The translations under genes were made by a program, and so were the position numbers. Positions 22,882 to 34,810 of a stretch of 64,000 nucleotides of DNA are shown here, piece by piece; positions within the stretch are counted from its first letter, which is position 1; each line of letters starts with the position of its first letter. This DNA comes from Felis catus (lineage: Eukaryota): positions 77,316,001-77,380,000 of the forward strand of contig NC_058368.1 in NCBI RefSeq assembly GCF_018350175.1, read 5' to 3'. The notes under the pieces were generated by a model. That model was given only the letters and a program-made list of their open reading frames with translations, was not told where the DNA came from and made no database searches.

Positions 22882-23814
22882 ACATGGGGAGTTTCTTACA
22901 CAAGCAGCTGGAAGGAGTGAAGCTGGGACCCTAGGGGCTTCCCGTCCCAGAGTGAGTGGAGTCACTGCCAGGAACTTTCCCAGGGAGACTCTCCCGAGGG
23001 ATGGCCTCTGAAGGAGGAGGCGGCGGTAAGCGTTAGGCAACAGGGTTCTGGAAAGTGTGTGTGCTGGTCTTGAGATGTGCCAGCCCAATAACGAATCTTC
23101 GCGTCGCGCGTGTTCTCTTGATGGTCTGCATCTCTGACTAACCTTCCGGTGAATCACACAAAAACGGGTTTCCCCTCTATAAGTGGGACGTACCCAGGCA
23201 AAATCAAATGGAAATACGAGGAAAACATAAAACAAACCCGAAAGAACAATGTCAGGAAAGGCTCAAGCCCGTGAAAAATAACAGTCATGAGAAACCCTGG
23301 GGGAAAAATACAGATTTTTTGTTTGAAGCAACAAGAATGAAGACGGCATAGGCCTTGGGGACAAAGGACGCGATGTTGACCACAGGTAGAAGTGCAATTT
23401 CCATTTGGTTTTAGTGCCTTCGACTCTGAAATCGGTCCCAGACCGTCAAGGTCCCAAACAGGGCGAAACTGATGGGCTGCGAAGAACGGATATGATTAAA
23501 CTTATCAATTTAAATAATTTCAAATCTCTATGTACATGAGAAGTACATCTGAATGTGTTAAATACATTTGTATAATCTCAGAAACACTTCATAATTAAAA
23601 AATGTATGGATTGTACAAAAAGATTTTTTTTTTTTTTTTTTTACTGGAGAATGGCAAATATTACAGATCTTCTGGAATTTCCAGAAACTAGAGACTCTTG
23701 TGAATTTTGTCTGAAATATGCAATTAACTCTTTGTAGTGAATTCTCTGGTAGTATTTAGAAAATAATGTTTAGTGGGGCGCCTGGGTGGCTCAGTGGTTA
23801 AGTATCAGACTCTT

Positions 23815-24023
23815 CTTTTTTAATGTTTAGTTATTTTTTCAGAGAGAGAGACAGAGCACGAGCAGGGGAAGGGCAGAGAGAGAGGGAAACACGGAACCCA
23901 AAGCAGCCTCCAGGCTCTGAGCTGTCTGCACAGAGCCCGACGCGGGGCTCGAACCCACGAACTGTGAGATCATGACCTGAGCCGAAGTCGGACGCTTAAC
24001 TGACTGAGCCACCCAGGTGCCCC
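23815..24023 (-). mobile_element. Can-SINE (nested)
   Basis: Antisense full copy. Confidence 0.95.
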
Positions 24024-24070
24024 ATTTTTAAATTTATTTATTTATTTACTTACTTGTACATGTCTGACTC

Positions 24071-24305
24071 TTTTTTTTTTTTTTAGTTTTTTTTTTTTTT
24101 AACATTTATTTATTTTTGAGACAGAGAGAGACAGAGCATGAATGGGGGAGGGGCAGAGAGAGAGAGGGGGACACAGAATCTGAAACAGGCTCCAGGCTCT
24201 GAGCTGTCAGCACAGAGCCCGACGCAGGGCTCAAACTCACGGACTGAGAGATCATGACCTGAGCCGAAGTCGGACGCTTAACCGACTGAGCCACCCACGC
24301 GCCCC
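24071..24305 (-). mobile_element. Can-SINE (nested)
   Basis: TSD TGTAC(A/G)TGTCTGACTCTT. Confidence 0.96.
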
Positions 24306-25074
24306 TGTACGTGTCTGACTCTTGATTTCAGCTCAGTGTCATGAGTCTGAGTTCTGCGTGGGGCATGGCCTGCTGACCGCTGACTGCACAGAGCTTGCTT
24401 GGGATTCTCTCTCTGCCCCTTCCCTGCTCACGCTCTCCCTCTGTCTCTAAAAAAAAATAAATAAATAAATAAAATAAAAAAGAATCTTTAGAAAAGAATC
24501 TCGTGAGTTTACTAAAAACACCTCATGTCAGACCAGAGCAACTTACAAATTTTTGTTAGAATTACTAGGCGCATGTTTCCTACATGCCCTGTGCAGTTGA
24601 CAGTTACTCTCACGTATATTGAAATGTCGAAGGAACAGAATGTACTGGGACCAGCACAGAGTGATAACGTCAGGATTCCATCTGCTGTTTTATTATTTGA
24701 GGCCACTACGGATTTCAGGAGTTCGACACGCTCCTGTCCTTAGATCCACCTGTCTCAAGGTGTTTATTAATATCTAAAATCAAGGCATAAAGAGAGGCAA
24801 CTCTATTTTATGTTGACGAATATATTTGAGAGATATTTACCATACTGTGCTGCATGTATTATGATGCTTGTAATGTATTTTGGAATACCTGGGGCACACA
24901 GAATAAAAGCATGTCTTAGGGATTACATACAATTAGCCATGCTGTGTCATATATGATACTTAAAATTTCTGACAATTTGAAATACTTCCATTATTATACA
25001 GCTAGGTAGATATGGGTAAGATTTTTCCTTCTCTTATAACATTTCACGAACTAGATTAAGATCTACAGGTGAGA

Positions 25075-25305
25075 GGGGCGCCTGGGTGGCGCAGTCGGTT
25101 AAGCGTCCGACTTCAGCCAGGTCACGATCTCGCAGTCCGTGAGTTCGAGCCCCGCGTCGGGCTCTGGGCTGATGGCTCGGAGCCTGGAGTCTGTTTCCGA
25201 TTCTGTGTCTCCCTCTCTCTCTGGCCCTCCCCCGTTCATGCTCTGTCTCTCTCTGTCCCAAAAATAAATAAACGTTGAAAAAAAAAATTAAAAAAAAAAA
25301 AAAAA
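25075..25305 (+). mobile_element. Young felid SINEC_Fc
   Basis: CpG-intact; TSD AAGAT(C/G)TACAGGTGAGA. Confidence 0.98.
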
Positions 25306-25529
25306 GATGTACAGGTGAGAGACTATCTTTATGGACGTTACGAACAGAACTGGCATCGTCGAACCTTTGAACACCCCTTTCTTTTCTAGGTGGAGATTTG
25401 TTCGATCCTATGCAAAGTAGGTTTTCCCAGTCCTGTTCTCTGGGTCCGCATCACGTGCCGCTGTAAAGCTTTGGTGGGTATGTCAGAGAGAGGGAGCTGA
25501 GGACTGTAGCAACAACATGCAGACGGAAG

Positions 25530-25830
25530 AATTGGCACTGGAACCGAGACCCAATTCTGGAATCGCCTCCTGGGCGAGCGTTCACAACTCAACCTGCAAC
25601 GCCAGCCCCAGCCTTCTCATCAGGTACACGGAGGGCATTGTGTGATATGGTACAAACACTCACACGATTGGTGTTGTCTTTATGTAGGTTTAGAACGGGC
25701 CTCCACATGCGTTGCTGATCTGATACAACGACCACATGAGGGTTTATCATAAATCCCTTTCACAGGCGAGGCAACGGGTACTCTGGGAATTTGAGGGCCT
25801 TGCTCTGAACCCTAACCGAGCTGCTCCCGT
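25530..25830. mobile_element. Degenerate MIR fragments
   Basis: CCCCAGCCTTCTCATCAGGTACACGG (sense core) then CCCTTTCACAGGCGAGGCAAC (antisense core). Confidence 0.45.
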
Positions 25831-25993
25831 GGGGTGGCACCAGGGGTGAGGCAGCCCAGGCCACACTCTCCAATCCCTGCTCCACCATCAGCAAATTGGG
25901 TCCTTGATGCAGCACGTGCCCTCGCAAACAGGTTCGAGGTGCCTAATGCTCCTAGTGCCAAGTGGTGCGATAATTTTGTATCAAAAACTATGT

Positions 25994-26213
25994 GGGGCGC
26001 CTGGGTGGCTCCGTCGGTTCAGTGTCTGACTTGGGCTCAGGTCATGATCTCGTGGTCTGCGAGTTCGAGCCCGGCGTTGGGCTCTGGGCTGACAGCTCAG
26101 AGCCTGGAGCCTGCTTCGGATTCTGTGTCTCCCTCTCTCTCTTCCTCTCCCCTGCTCATGCTCTGTCTCTTTCTCTCTCTGTCAAAAATAAATAAACATA
26201 AAAAAAAAAAAAA
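25994..26213 (+). mobile_element. Can-SINE
   Basis: Full copy; AAAAACTAT on both flanks. Confidence 0.96.
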
Positions 26214-26222
26214 CTATCTTTA

Positions 26223-26446
26223 GGGGCAGCTGAGTGGCTCAGTCAGTTAAGCATCCAATTTCGGCTCAGGTCATGATCTCGCGGTTTGTGAGTTCGAGCC
26301 CCGCATTGGACTCTGTGCTAATAGCTCGGAGCCTGGAACCTGCTTCGGATTCTGTGTGTTCCTCTCTCTCTGCCCCTCCCCTGCTCACGCTCTGCCTCTC
26401 TTTCTCTCTCTCTCTTTCCATCAAAAATAAATAAACATTAAAAAAA
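26223..26446 (+). mobile_element. Can-SINE (tandem with the previous copy)
   Basis: Full copy with CT region and tail. Confidence 0.95.
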
Positions 26447-27184
26447 TGTTTTAAAAACTCTGTTTACTTAAATAGTGCCTTTATTAATCCTGGTACTAAA
26501 TGTTAGTAACTCGGAAATATAATAGTATCATAGAAAATATGAAATGTTAGTATGGACTCATGTGTCTTCATTTTTCCTACCTGATCGCAATTTAAGGGCA
26601 GTTTCCTGAGAATGTTTTGAAAAAGAATCCCTGACAGCTGGTTGACTTTACTGCCCATTTTTATATGACCTCGCTCTTCGAAGTTCTGACCCACATCTTA
26701 ATTTCCAACTTAAAAAATATGATGACTTCAACAGATGATAGATCCTTCATATCCTTTCTTCTTTTCAAAAATCGAGTATAATTCTACAATTAAAAAAAAA
26801 AAAAAAAAAAGAACCAACCAAACAAACAAACAAAGAAACAGTTCAGGCTTTTCAGTATGACCTAAAGCAGCAAAACCATCCCTAGGAAGTTCAAATAAAG
26901 GCTAGCATCTGTAGATACAACTTTAAAATAAACTTAGAAACAGAACTATTTAGACTTTTCATTCTTGGTATGTAATACTTTTATTGTAGCAAAGAGAAGG
27001 ACTATGAAAACTTTCAAAGAGGTCAGAAGTTATGTTCTATCCTTCAGCTTGCCTTGACCGAATGGGAGGGCATTCACAATGCAGTGGGAGCAGTTCTCAG
27101 CAAACACATCGTTAAAGATCTTTTCAACTCTCTGCTTTCAATGGATGGTGAGTGGAAACATAGGTTTGGTTTTGTTTTTTTCAG

Positions 27185-27387
27185 AAAAGTTTTTAATCTT
27201 TACTTTTGAGAGAGAGAGACAGAGCATGAGCGGGGGAGGGGAAGAGAGAGAGGGAGATACAGAATCCAAAGCAGGCTCCAGGCTCCGAGCTGTCAGCACA
27301 GAGCCTGAAGCGGGGCTCGAACTCACGGACCGCGAGATCATGACCCGAGCCGAAGTCGGACGCTTAACCGACCGGGCCAGGTGCCCC
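27185..27387 (-). mobile_element. Can-SINE
   Basis: TSD TGAGTGGA(A/C)ACATA. Confidence 0.96.
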
Positions 27388-27739
27388 TGAGTGGACACAT
27401 ATGTTTATGAAGCATGTTTACTACCAAAGCTGATGCTAAAATAAAACTGCTGGCTGGCCTTCTGTATTCATTCTACTGATGGTGCTGGCACAGCCAGTTG
27501 ACTTTCCTTTTCAGTTCTCACATTTTCTTTTCACTGCACCTTGTCTCCTTCTACCCCAAGGGGACAATTCACACAGACCTTGCACTGCTTGCTCGGCCTT
27601 CTTCTACAACCTGGAGTGCACCCTGGGCTCCAAATTGCATGAAACGCTGTAGAGAAGCTTCCTTTCTCTGACCCGTTCCTTCAGTTGGTGATCTCCAAAT
27701 TTCACATTTAGTTAGCTGATATTCCAAAACCAGCTGCAT

Positions 27740-28180
27740 ATAAAAATTCATCTGGGGCTCTAAAAGAAGCAGCTGGCACACTCACAGGGTTTCACTGGGG
27801 TGAGTTTAATAAAGGGACTCTTTGCAGAAGGGGAGAGAAGAATTAAGGGAGGGTTGAGAGGAGGAGAGTCCAGGAGCTGGCTATCATGGGAAGTTGTCAC
27901 CACCATGGCCCTGAAGAAGTAAGGGTACGGAACCATAGTTTGGAACCCTGGAGAAAGGGTTTCTCAGTAGAAGCGCTAACAAATGAGGCTCTGTGAATAC
28001 TAAAATCATGGAGAAGCCGAGCTTCTAGTTGAACCCATAAGAAGCCAGAGGATCAGGGCACCCCCGGGGTGATGGTGATTTAGAGGTCAGTCTTCTGAGA
28101 TGTGGAGCAGGACAGAAAGGGGTGAAGAATAATCTTGGTATCATGGGACAATGGAGAATAACAGCCCATAGCGAAAGAAG
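27740..28180 (-). mobile_element. Ancient ERVL-class LTR (LTR33-like)
   Basis: GCAGCTGGCACACTCA...GAGTTTAATAAAGGGACT resembles old ERVL LTR ends. Confidence 0.5.
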
Positions 28181-29182
28181 GAACACTGGAGACTGAGTGC
28201 TTCGACCCAAAGAAAGTTTTGCCCCTGAAAAAGGAGTTTCAGGCATGAAAGGGACTGCTCACTTTATGACAACACTCACAGAAGCAGGTTGAGCTGACCC
28301 CAACGTGTGCACAAAACACTGCGAGATGTGTTCAAATCTACATATAGTGGGCAATTTCCTCAATTGTTCAATTCATATAGCAACCTGAATTCCCACTGGA
28401 AATCCTGGGAAGATAAAGCGATTCACAGATACTGATACTGAGATTTGACCATCAGAAATCGTGAGAAATAACAACTTGTCCCCGACAATAGGTGAGGACG
28501 ATTTTCCAAACTTTCTTTTCAGGAGCAATAGCACCTTACCCGAAGAGCCACGCAAAGTCAAGCTCTGAAGTGGTTGGGTTTCCTCTCCCTCAAACCAAAT
28601 TCCCTGGATTGTCAGGCTTCAGGCTGAGATGGAAGAGACAACCCCCTATGAGGCAGTTTCACTTCTATGACTTGTTCTGTAATTTTTATTTTTTAATTTC
28701 GATACACTCTTTTCATATAAAAAAGTTGCCAGTACAGCATATAGAAACATTTTCTTCCATGAAACTCTTCCATGAAACCACAATGCAGACCTCAGGTGAG
28801 GAAAACGCCATTCATGCTGTGCTACCATCCAGTCTTCAGACCCTATTCAAGTTCTGTCCAGTTGTCCCCAAAATGTCTTTGTATGGCAAGATGTTTTGTC
28901 TCAGGATTGCACACACATTTCATCGTTATGACCCTACAGCTCGTTGAACCTGGAAGAGTTTCGCATCATCCCTTGACTTTCACGATCTTGAATGTTTTGA
29001 GGAATCCAGACGATTTGTTTTGTAGTATGTCCCTCGGCAGGAGGTTGCCTGAGGTTTTCTCATGATTCAATTCAGGTTCCATGTATTTATCTCGGAATAT
29101 CTCAGAAGCCATGCTGTGGCCTTCACGTCACATCCTCCCTGGTGGAACCGATTTCAACTTGGTGCATTGTTGATTAAGTTAA

Positions 29183-29415
29183 TTTTTTTTTTTTAATTTT
29201 TTTTTTCAACGTTTTTTATTTATTTTTTTTGGGACAGAGAGAGACAGAGCATGAATGGGGGAGGGGCAGAGAGAGAGGGAGACACAGAATCAGAAGCAGG
29301 CTCCAGGCTCTGAGCCGTCAGCCCAGAGCCTGACGCGGGGCTCGAACTCACGGACCGCGAGATCATGACCTGGCTGAAGTCGGACGCTTAACCGACTGCG
29401 CCACCCAGGTGCCCC
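29183..29415 (-). mobile_element. Young felid SINEC_Fc
   Basis: TSD AAGTTAATTTT. Confidence 0.97.
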
Positions 29416-29789
29416 AAGTTAATTTTGATCATTGGATTAAGATGGTGTCTCCCGAGCTTCCCCACTCTATAATGTCATTTTTTCCTTTGGTGATTGATAG
29501 TTATTTGGTTTACTTGGAAAGGGGAGCATGGAGTTCTTGAGAGTAGATGAAAAACTCATTTCTCATCAAACTGTCAGTTTATTCATGTATGCATAATCTC
29601 AGTAGGCACTCATAGATACGTTGGGTTACAATCTGTCATTCATCGGGTTACAATCTATTATTGTCATGGTTTATTTAAATGCCCAAACTCATATTTGACC
29701 AGTGGGATCCTCTTTAAGAAGACTTCTGTGTAAAAAAAAAAAAAAAATTAAATTGAATTAAAAAAATTTTTTTAATTAAAAAAAAAGTC

Positions 29790-30006
29790 AGGTGCCTGGG
29801 TGGCTCAGACAGTTAAGCCTCCAACTTTGGTTCAGGTCATGATCTCATAGTTCGTGGGTCTGAGCCCCATGTCAGGCTCTGCGCTGACAACTCAGAGCCT
29901 GGAGCCTGCTTCAGATTCTGTGTCTCCCTCTCTCACTGCCCTTCCTTGCTCATGCTCTGTTTGTCTCTCTCTCTCTCTCTCAAAAATGAATAAACATTAA
30001 AAAAAA
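29790..30006 (+). mobile_element. Can-SINE preceded by an orphan A-rich tail (29732-29786)
   Basis: Full body and tail. Confidence 0.93.
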
Positions 30007-30616
30007 TGAAATTAAAGAAAAGATGTCTGTGTGCTTCTAATATGTTCCCACATGTTGTTTTGTTTTGTTTTGTTTAGAGCATTTCTTTACTATCTGGTAT
30101 TAGAAATTCGAGGGTCGTTGTGTACTCTCCTTGCCCTGGTGTTGGAATCAACTGTTTCTTCCAGGAGCCCTGGTTCCTTGCAGAGGAAAATGCATTAGAA
30201 GCTAAAATATGGATATAAGCTTTGTTCTGTGTTGTCATTAATCCTGGGCCCACTTACTTGACAGAGGTAAGGACTATAGCAGATACAGACATAAGGTATA
30301 TACGAGGTGATTTTCTTACTGTTGGGAGAAAGGGAATTATAAACATACATACATTTACATCTCGGTTATTTCTCTATCTACTTATTTACACGGAAAGTGA
30401 TGAGTTCACTCTGATAACTCATTTCTAATGCAAACACAGGATTCTTACCAGTTTCCCTTCTTTTCATACTTGTGATTTTTCTTTTCCATCAGTGAGAAAC
30501 CTGCCTTGTATAACCTTTAAATTATCAACTTAAGAGATCAATTCCCCTTTTAGTAGCCAATCTTGTCTCACCACTACTGCTCCTTCCTTTTTTTTTAAAG
30601 TATATATGTATTTCAA

Positions 30617-30813
30617 TTTTTTTAATGTTTAATTTTGAGAGAGAGACAGAGTGTGACCAAGGGACGGGCAGAGAGAGAGGGAGACACAGAATCCGAAGCA
30701 GGCTCCAGGCTCTGAGCTGTCAGCACAGAGCCTGACATGGGGCTCGACCCCACAAACTGTGTGATCATGAGCTGAAGTTGGATGCTCAACTGTCTGAGCC
30801 ACCCAGACACCCC
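30617..30813 (-). mobile_element. Can-SINE
   Basis: Antisense copy. Confidence 0.94.
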
Positions 30814-30824
30814 TAATATATATA

Positions 30825-31035
30825 TTTTTAATGTTTATTTATTTATTCATGTTTATTTATTTATTTTGAGAGACAGTACGAGTGGGAGAGGGGCAGAGAG
30901 AGAGGGAGAGAGAGAATCCCAAGCAGTCTCCATACTGTCAGCACAGAGCCCGAACACAGGGTTCGAACTCACGAACCTTGAGATCACGACCTGAGCCGAA
31001 ATCAAGGGTCAGACACTAAGTCACACAGGTGCCCC
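30825..31035 (-). mobile_element. Can-SINE
   Basis: Antisense copy. Confidence 0.92.
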
Positions 31036-31198
31036 TGCTTCTTCCTCACTCAGGCTGTGGCACCTGCTTGGCCACCCACACAGGGGCCACCCCCTCACAT
31101 TGCTTGAGCTGCAACACTTTGCCTGGGCTGGACCATTTCCTCATACAAATGCCGTCCCAACTCTGCATGGGCTCAGACTCCTTGCACGGGCTGCCTTC

Positions 31199-31427
31199 TT
31201 TTTTTTTTTTTTAAATTTTTTTTTCAATGTTTTTATTTATTTTTGGGACAGAGAGAGACAGAGCATGAACGGGGGAGGGGCAGAGAGAGAGGGAGACACA
31301 GAAGGAAACAGGCTCCAGGCTCCGAGCCATCAGCCCAGAGCCTGACGCGGGGCTCGAACTCACGGACCGAGAGATCGTGACCTGGCTGAAGTCGGACGCT
31401 TAACTGACTGCGCCACCCAGGTGCCCC
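31199..31427 (-). mobile_element. Young felid SINEC_Fc
   Basis: TSD GGGCTGCCTTCTTT. Confidence 0.97.
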
Positions 31428-31596
31428 GGGGCTGCCTTCTTTAACCAGCTACCCTCCTTGTCTCTTTTGGGTCCCAACTTCCTGTGCTGGGCTGGGCAAG
31501 AGATCTCATAAACAGCGAAGGTTACAACCTTGGTATATTGCAACCAAATTTCAGGCAGGTAAAAAAGTAAAGGAATCTGGGATGCAAATTGTTCTA

Positions 31597-31705
31597 TTTT
31601 TTTTTTTTTTTAATTTCCTTAGGAAATCTCTACTCCCAGCATGAGGCTCGAACTCACACCCCTAAGATAAGAGTTGCATCCCCATGGACTGAGCCAGGCA
31701 CTCCT
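31597..31705 (-). mobile_element. Short old-type Can-SINE
   Basis: Poly-T, AATCTCTAC..GGCTCGAACTCAC..GACTGAGCCAGGCA. Confidence 0.8.
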
Positions 31706-33686
31706 GGAATCTTTGCTTCATGCCAGATGATAATCCAATTAAAAATAATTCATGTCACTGTGAACCAAGAGCTTCATCACAAAAATCTTCAGTGTAGTGA
31801 TGGTGGGAGAAACTGTGTCTTCTACATCTTTAAGCATTTTGTTGAAAAGTGCATTCTCATCTTCCAGTTTTTAGATTTGCATTATAGGAACACTGTCACA
31901 AAGCAGTAGAGATGCCTGAGACCGGCACAGGGCCATTTCTACTCTCTTATCAACAAAACTCAACCTTTTGTGAAATGCAAATACCTAAAAAATTTACATT
32001 CAAAGGAGACTCTTTGAAGCACAGTTTTATTTCAACAAAATTATGTTTCTCCTTTTGAAGAATTTCTACCCATAATTAAATGGTGTGGATTCACTTTTCA
32101 CCCACTTTTATAGCCTGGAGTTAAATGCTACATCTAATAATTCCTCCTCAAACCCCTGGACTTTAGAAGCACCTCCACCCAGGAGTCTCCCCCTGCCACC
32201 GCCTTCTCTGCCTCTGGTCCCAGTCTGATGCCACTTAAATAATATTGCCAGCAAAGAAAAAAAAAAAGTGTCTTGTATTTTCTTTCTCTACTCATTTTCT
32301 AAAATGTCCTGCTTCTAAGGGTAAAAGCCTCAAGGAAAACCGTTTTGCCCCAATCAAAGGACACATTTTTTTCCAGTTTTATCTATTTTGGAGGAAGAGG
32401 AGAGACACTCACCCCACCCACCATTTTGATCTCCAGCCAGAACTCTGAGCTCCGTTCGGCAGGAGGACTTTAGCAGCATCTCACGGCAGTGCTCCATTGT
32501 GAACATAATCCTCGGGGAGAAGTGGACTGGTGTGTTTTGTTTTGTTTTAACAGAAAATTAAACTAGATTGATTGCAAGTGTGGTTATACTGTTCTTAAAA
32601 TGTGGAACAGATTTCGTTGCCCTTTCTTACATTTTGTGGCCAACACACCTGACCAAATATCCACCCGCAGCCAGTATATTTCTACTGGGTGGTGGTAGGG
32701 GAGGAGCCATAGCAGGAGACTCGTGAAAGCCGCGTGTTCTCCTTCAGTGTGTTAGAAGCACACCTGAACTTTCAGCTTCATTGTTCAGGCAGGAAATCAC
32801 CCAATTTCCCTGCATTTTATATTTTCTTTCTTTCAGCGTGTATATTTAAAGTTATTATTTTACAAACGGCTATCACACAATCTCCCATTCACAGATGACA
32901 AAGGCCTTGGGGGAAGTTAATGTTTTGCTATTATTAACTTATCAAGCAACCACAGTCCCAAGGCATTCTTTCAGGCAATAAACCATATTCCTTTCCTCGT
33001 TGGCTCACCCTTTATTTTTATGGCCCATTAACCAGTGCTGAATTAAAATCAAATTTGTATAAATGATATAATGCTGATATAAATAGTTTTGCAACCTAGT
33101 TAGTCATGTGAATATCCAGCACATTGCAATGCCAGAACGAGGTTATGAATCATATACAAGCATAGATTGTAAGGGATTGATGGTCGAAAATATTCCTTTT
33201 TTTTTTTTTGCTTGTAAACCGATGACCCAAAATGGGAGAGACAATGTGAAAAAGTGCCAAACCAGATAAATTCAGCATAAACTTTAGAACACGTTTCATT
33301 TACACGGCAGAGCAGGAACTCAGGCTGGACGAAACCCATGCTCCGTGTTGGCAAAAGTACAGTTTCTTCGTGACACTTCATGTTGGCATTTGGAGGAACC
33401 GAAGGTTTCTGCGTGAATTTTTCCACTTCTCAATATGAATGCCATCAAAATATACCGAAGCTTTTCTTCTTAAATTCATTCACCATCCTGCAAGGAAAAG
33501 AAGACTAATCAGAACTTTTAAATAGGAAAATTTCTGTGATTCTAATGAGAGGCTTGGAGCTCACTGAACCACGAATTATAATGATTCGATTCTAATTCTC
33601 TTCCTCAAATAATAAGCAGTTCTTATTTTTGAGAGAATTTAACTAATTGATTTCCTCCTAAATAAGGAGGGTGAGTGTCTCAGTTT

Positions 33687-33898
33687 CTTTTTTAAAAATT
33701 TTTTAATGTTTATTTATTATTGAGAGACAGAGCGTGAGCAGGGGAGGGGCAGAGAGAGAGGGAGACACAGAATCCGAAGCAGGCTCCAGGCTCCGAGCTG
33801 TCGGCACACAGCCCGATGCGGGGCACGAACCCACGAACTGCGAGTTCGTAACCTGAGCCAAAGTCAGACGCTTAACCGACTGAGCCTCCCAGGCACTT
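33687..33898 (-). mobile_element. Can-SINE
   Basis: TSD TGA(G/A)TGTCTCAG(T/C)TTCT. Confidence 0.95.
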
Positions 33899-34199
33899 CC
33901 ATGAATGTCTCAGCTTCTACGTGACTGTTCACAGAGGTCCCCTCTGGTCTGGCCCAACTGTGGCCACTTGACTCTTGGGAGAGGTGGACAGTGTCACTTG
34001 AGACTCATATAGTTGGGCACCAATGTCATCACTAAGCAGAGGACTTTCTCAGGGAGGGATTGCTGTAGAAATGTGATGATTTGTGCCCCCAGATAGTTCT
34101 CTCAGAGTGCATAAAAGATATCATTTCACTGTGTGCTTCTGTGAGAAATTTCAGCAAGCAGCCATCCAGTTGGACTGAGATGCTACACCTTGCATAGCG

Positions 34200-34400
34200 G
34201 GGAAGTTGTGTGACAGAAAGACAGGGTCTTTGAGTCTGAGGAATATGGCCCCAATCCTGACATCACCATTTAATGTACCAGCCCACTGAACTTTTCTGTA
34301 AAATGCAGGGGATGCTAGGTACCACTGGATTAAATGAGATAATGTAAGAAAGGCTGTCTGATGCCTGGATATTACAGAAGGTCAAGACAGAGGTTACTAT
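34200..34400 (+). mobile_element. MIR
   Basis: CTTTGAGTCTGA; CTGTAAAATG; GGATTAAATGAGATAATGTA. Confidence 0.7.
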
Positions 34401-34539
34401 TAATCAAATAAAACAGATATGAACAGCCTCACGTATTGGAATCAGTTGATAGAAAAACCAAATAGTTTATCCAGATTATGTGTTCTGTTTTGCGCAAAAT
34501 CTAAAACATTGGTTGTGTATTAATAATGTACCTCTTAAG

Positions 34540-34810
34540 CCGTCTTCACTCACCAGAAGTACAGTTGCTAGAAAGTCTTCCCTGACCAACCTATGCTCTC
34601 TAACCCACACTTTATCATTTTATGGCCCGTTTGTCTGCATTCCTGTGTGTCTTAACAGGGACTCTGGAGGACGTACATCAGGTTACCAGACAGGCCATGC
34701 ATTTTGTCCTGTTCACAGGCCATATAAATGCAGGTGTTCATCCCTGGAGCATCTAGAATAGTTCCAGACATAGATTAAGCACCTATAAATAGTTGTTCAA
34801 TAAACAAATG
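34540..34810 (+). mobile_element. L2 3' end
   Basis: GTCTTCCCTGACC; GCATCTAGAATAGTTCCAGACATAG...ATAAATAGTTGTTCAATAAACAAATG. Confidence 0.65.

Larger units (their letters stand above)
23775..24480 (+). mobile_element. Host Can-SINE split by two antisense SINEs
   Basis: Head 23775-23814 ends GACTCTT; the body resumes GACTCTTGATTTCAGCTCAG at about 24317 through the A tail. Confidence 0.85.
28675..30585 (-). mobile_element. L1MC-type 3' UTR fragment, interrupted by SINEs
   Basis: CAGTTGTCCCCAAAATGTC; TTTTGTAGTATGTCCCTC; TTCCAGGAGCCCTGGTTCCTT; GATGAGTTCACTCTGATAACTC. Confidence 0.75.
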
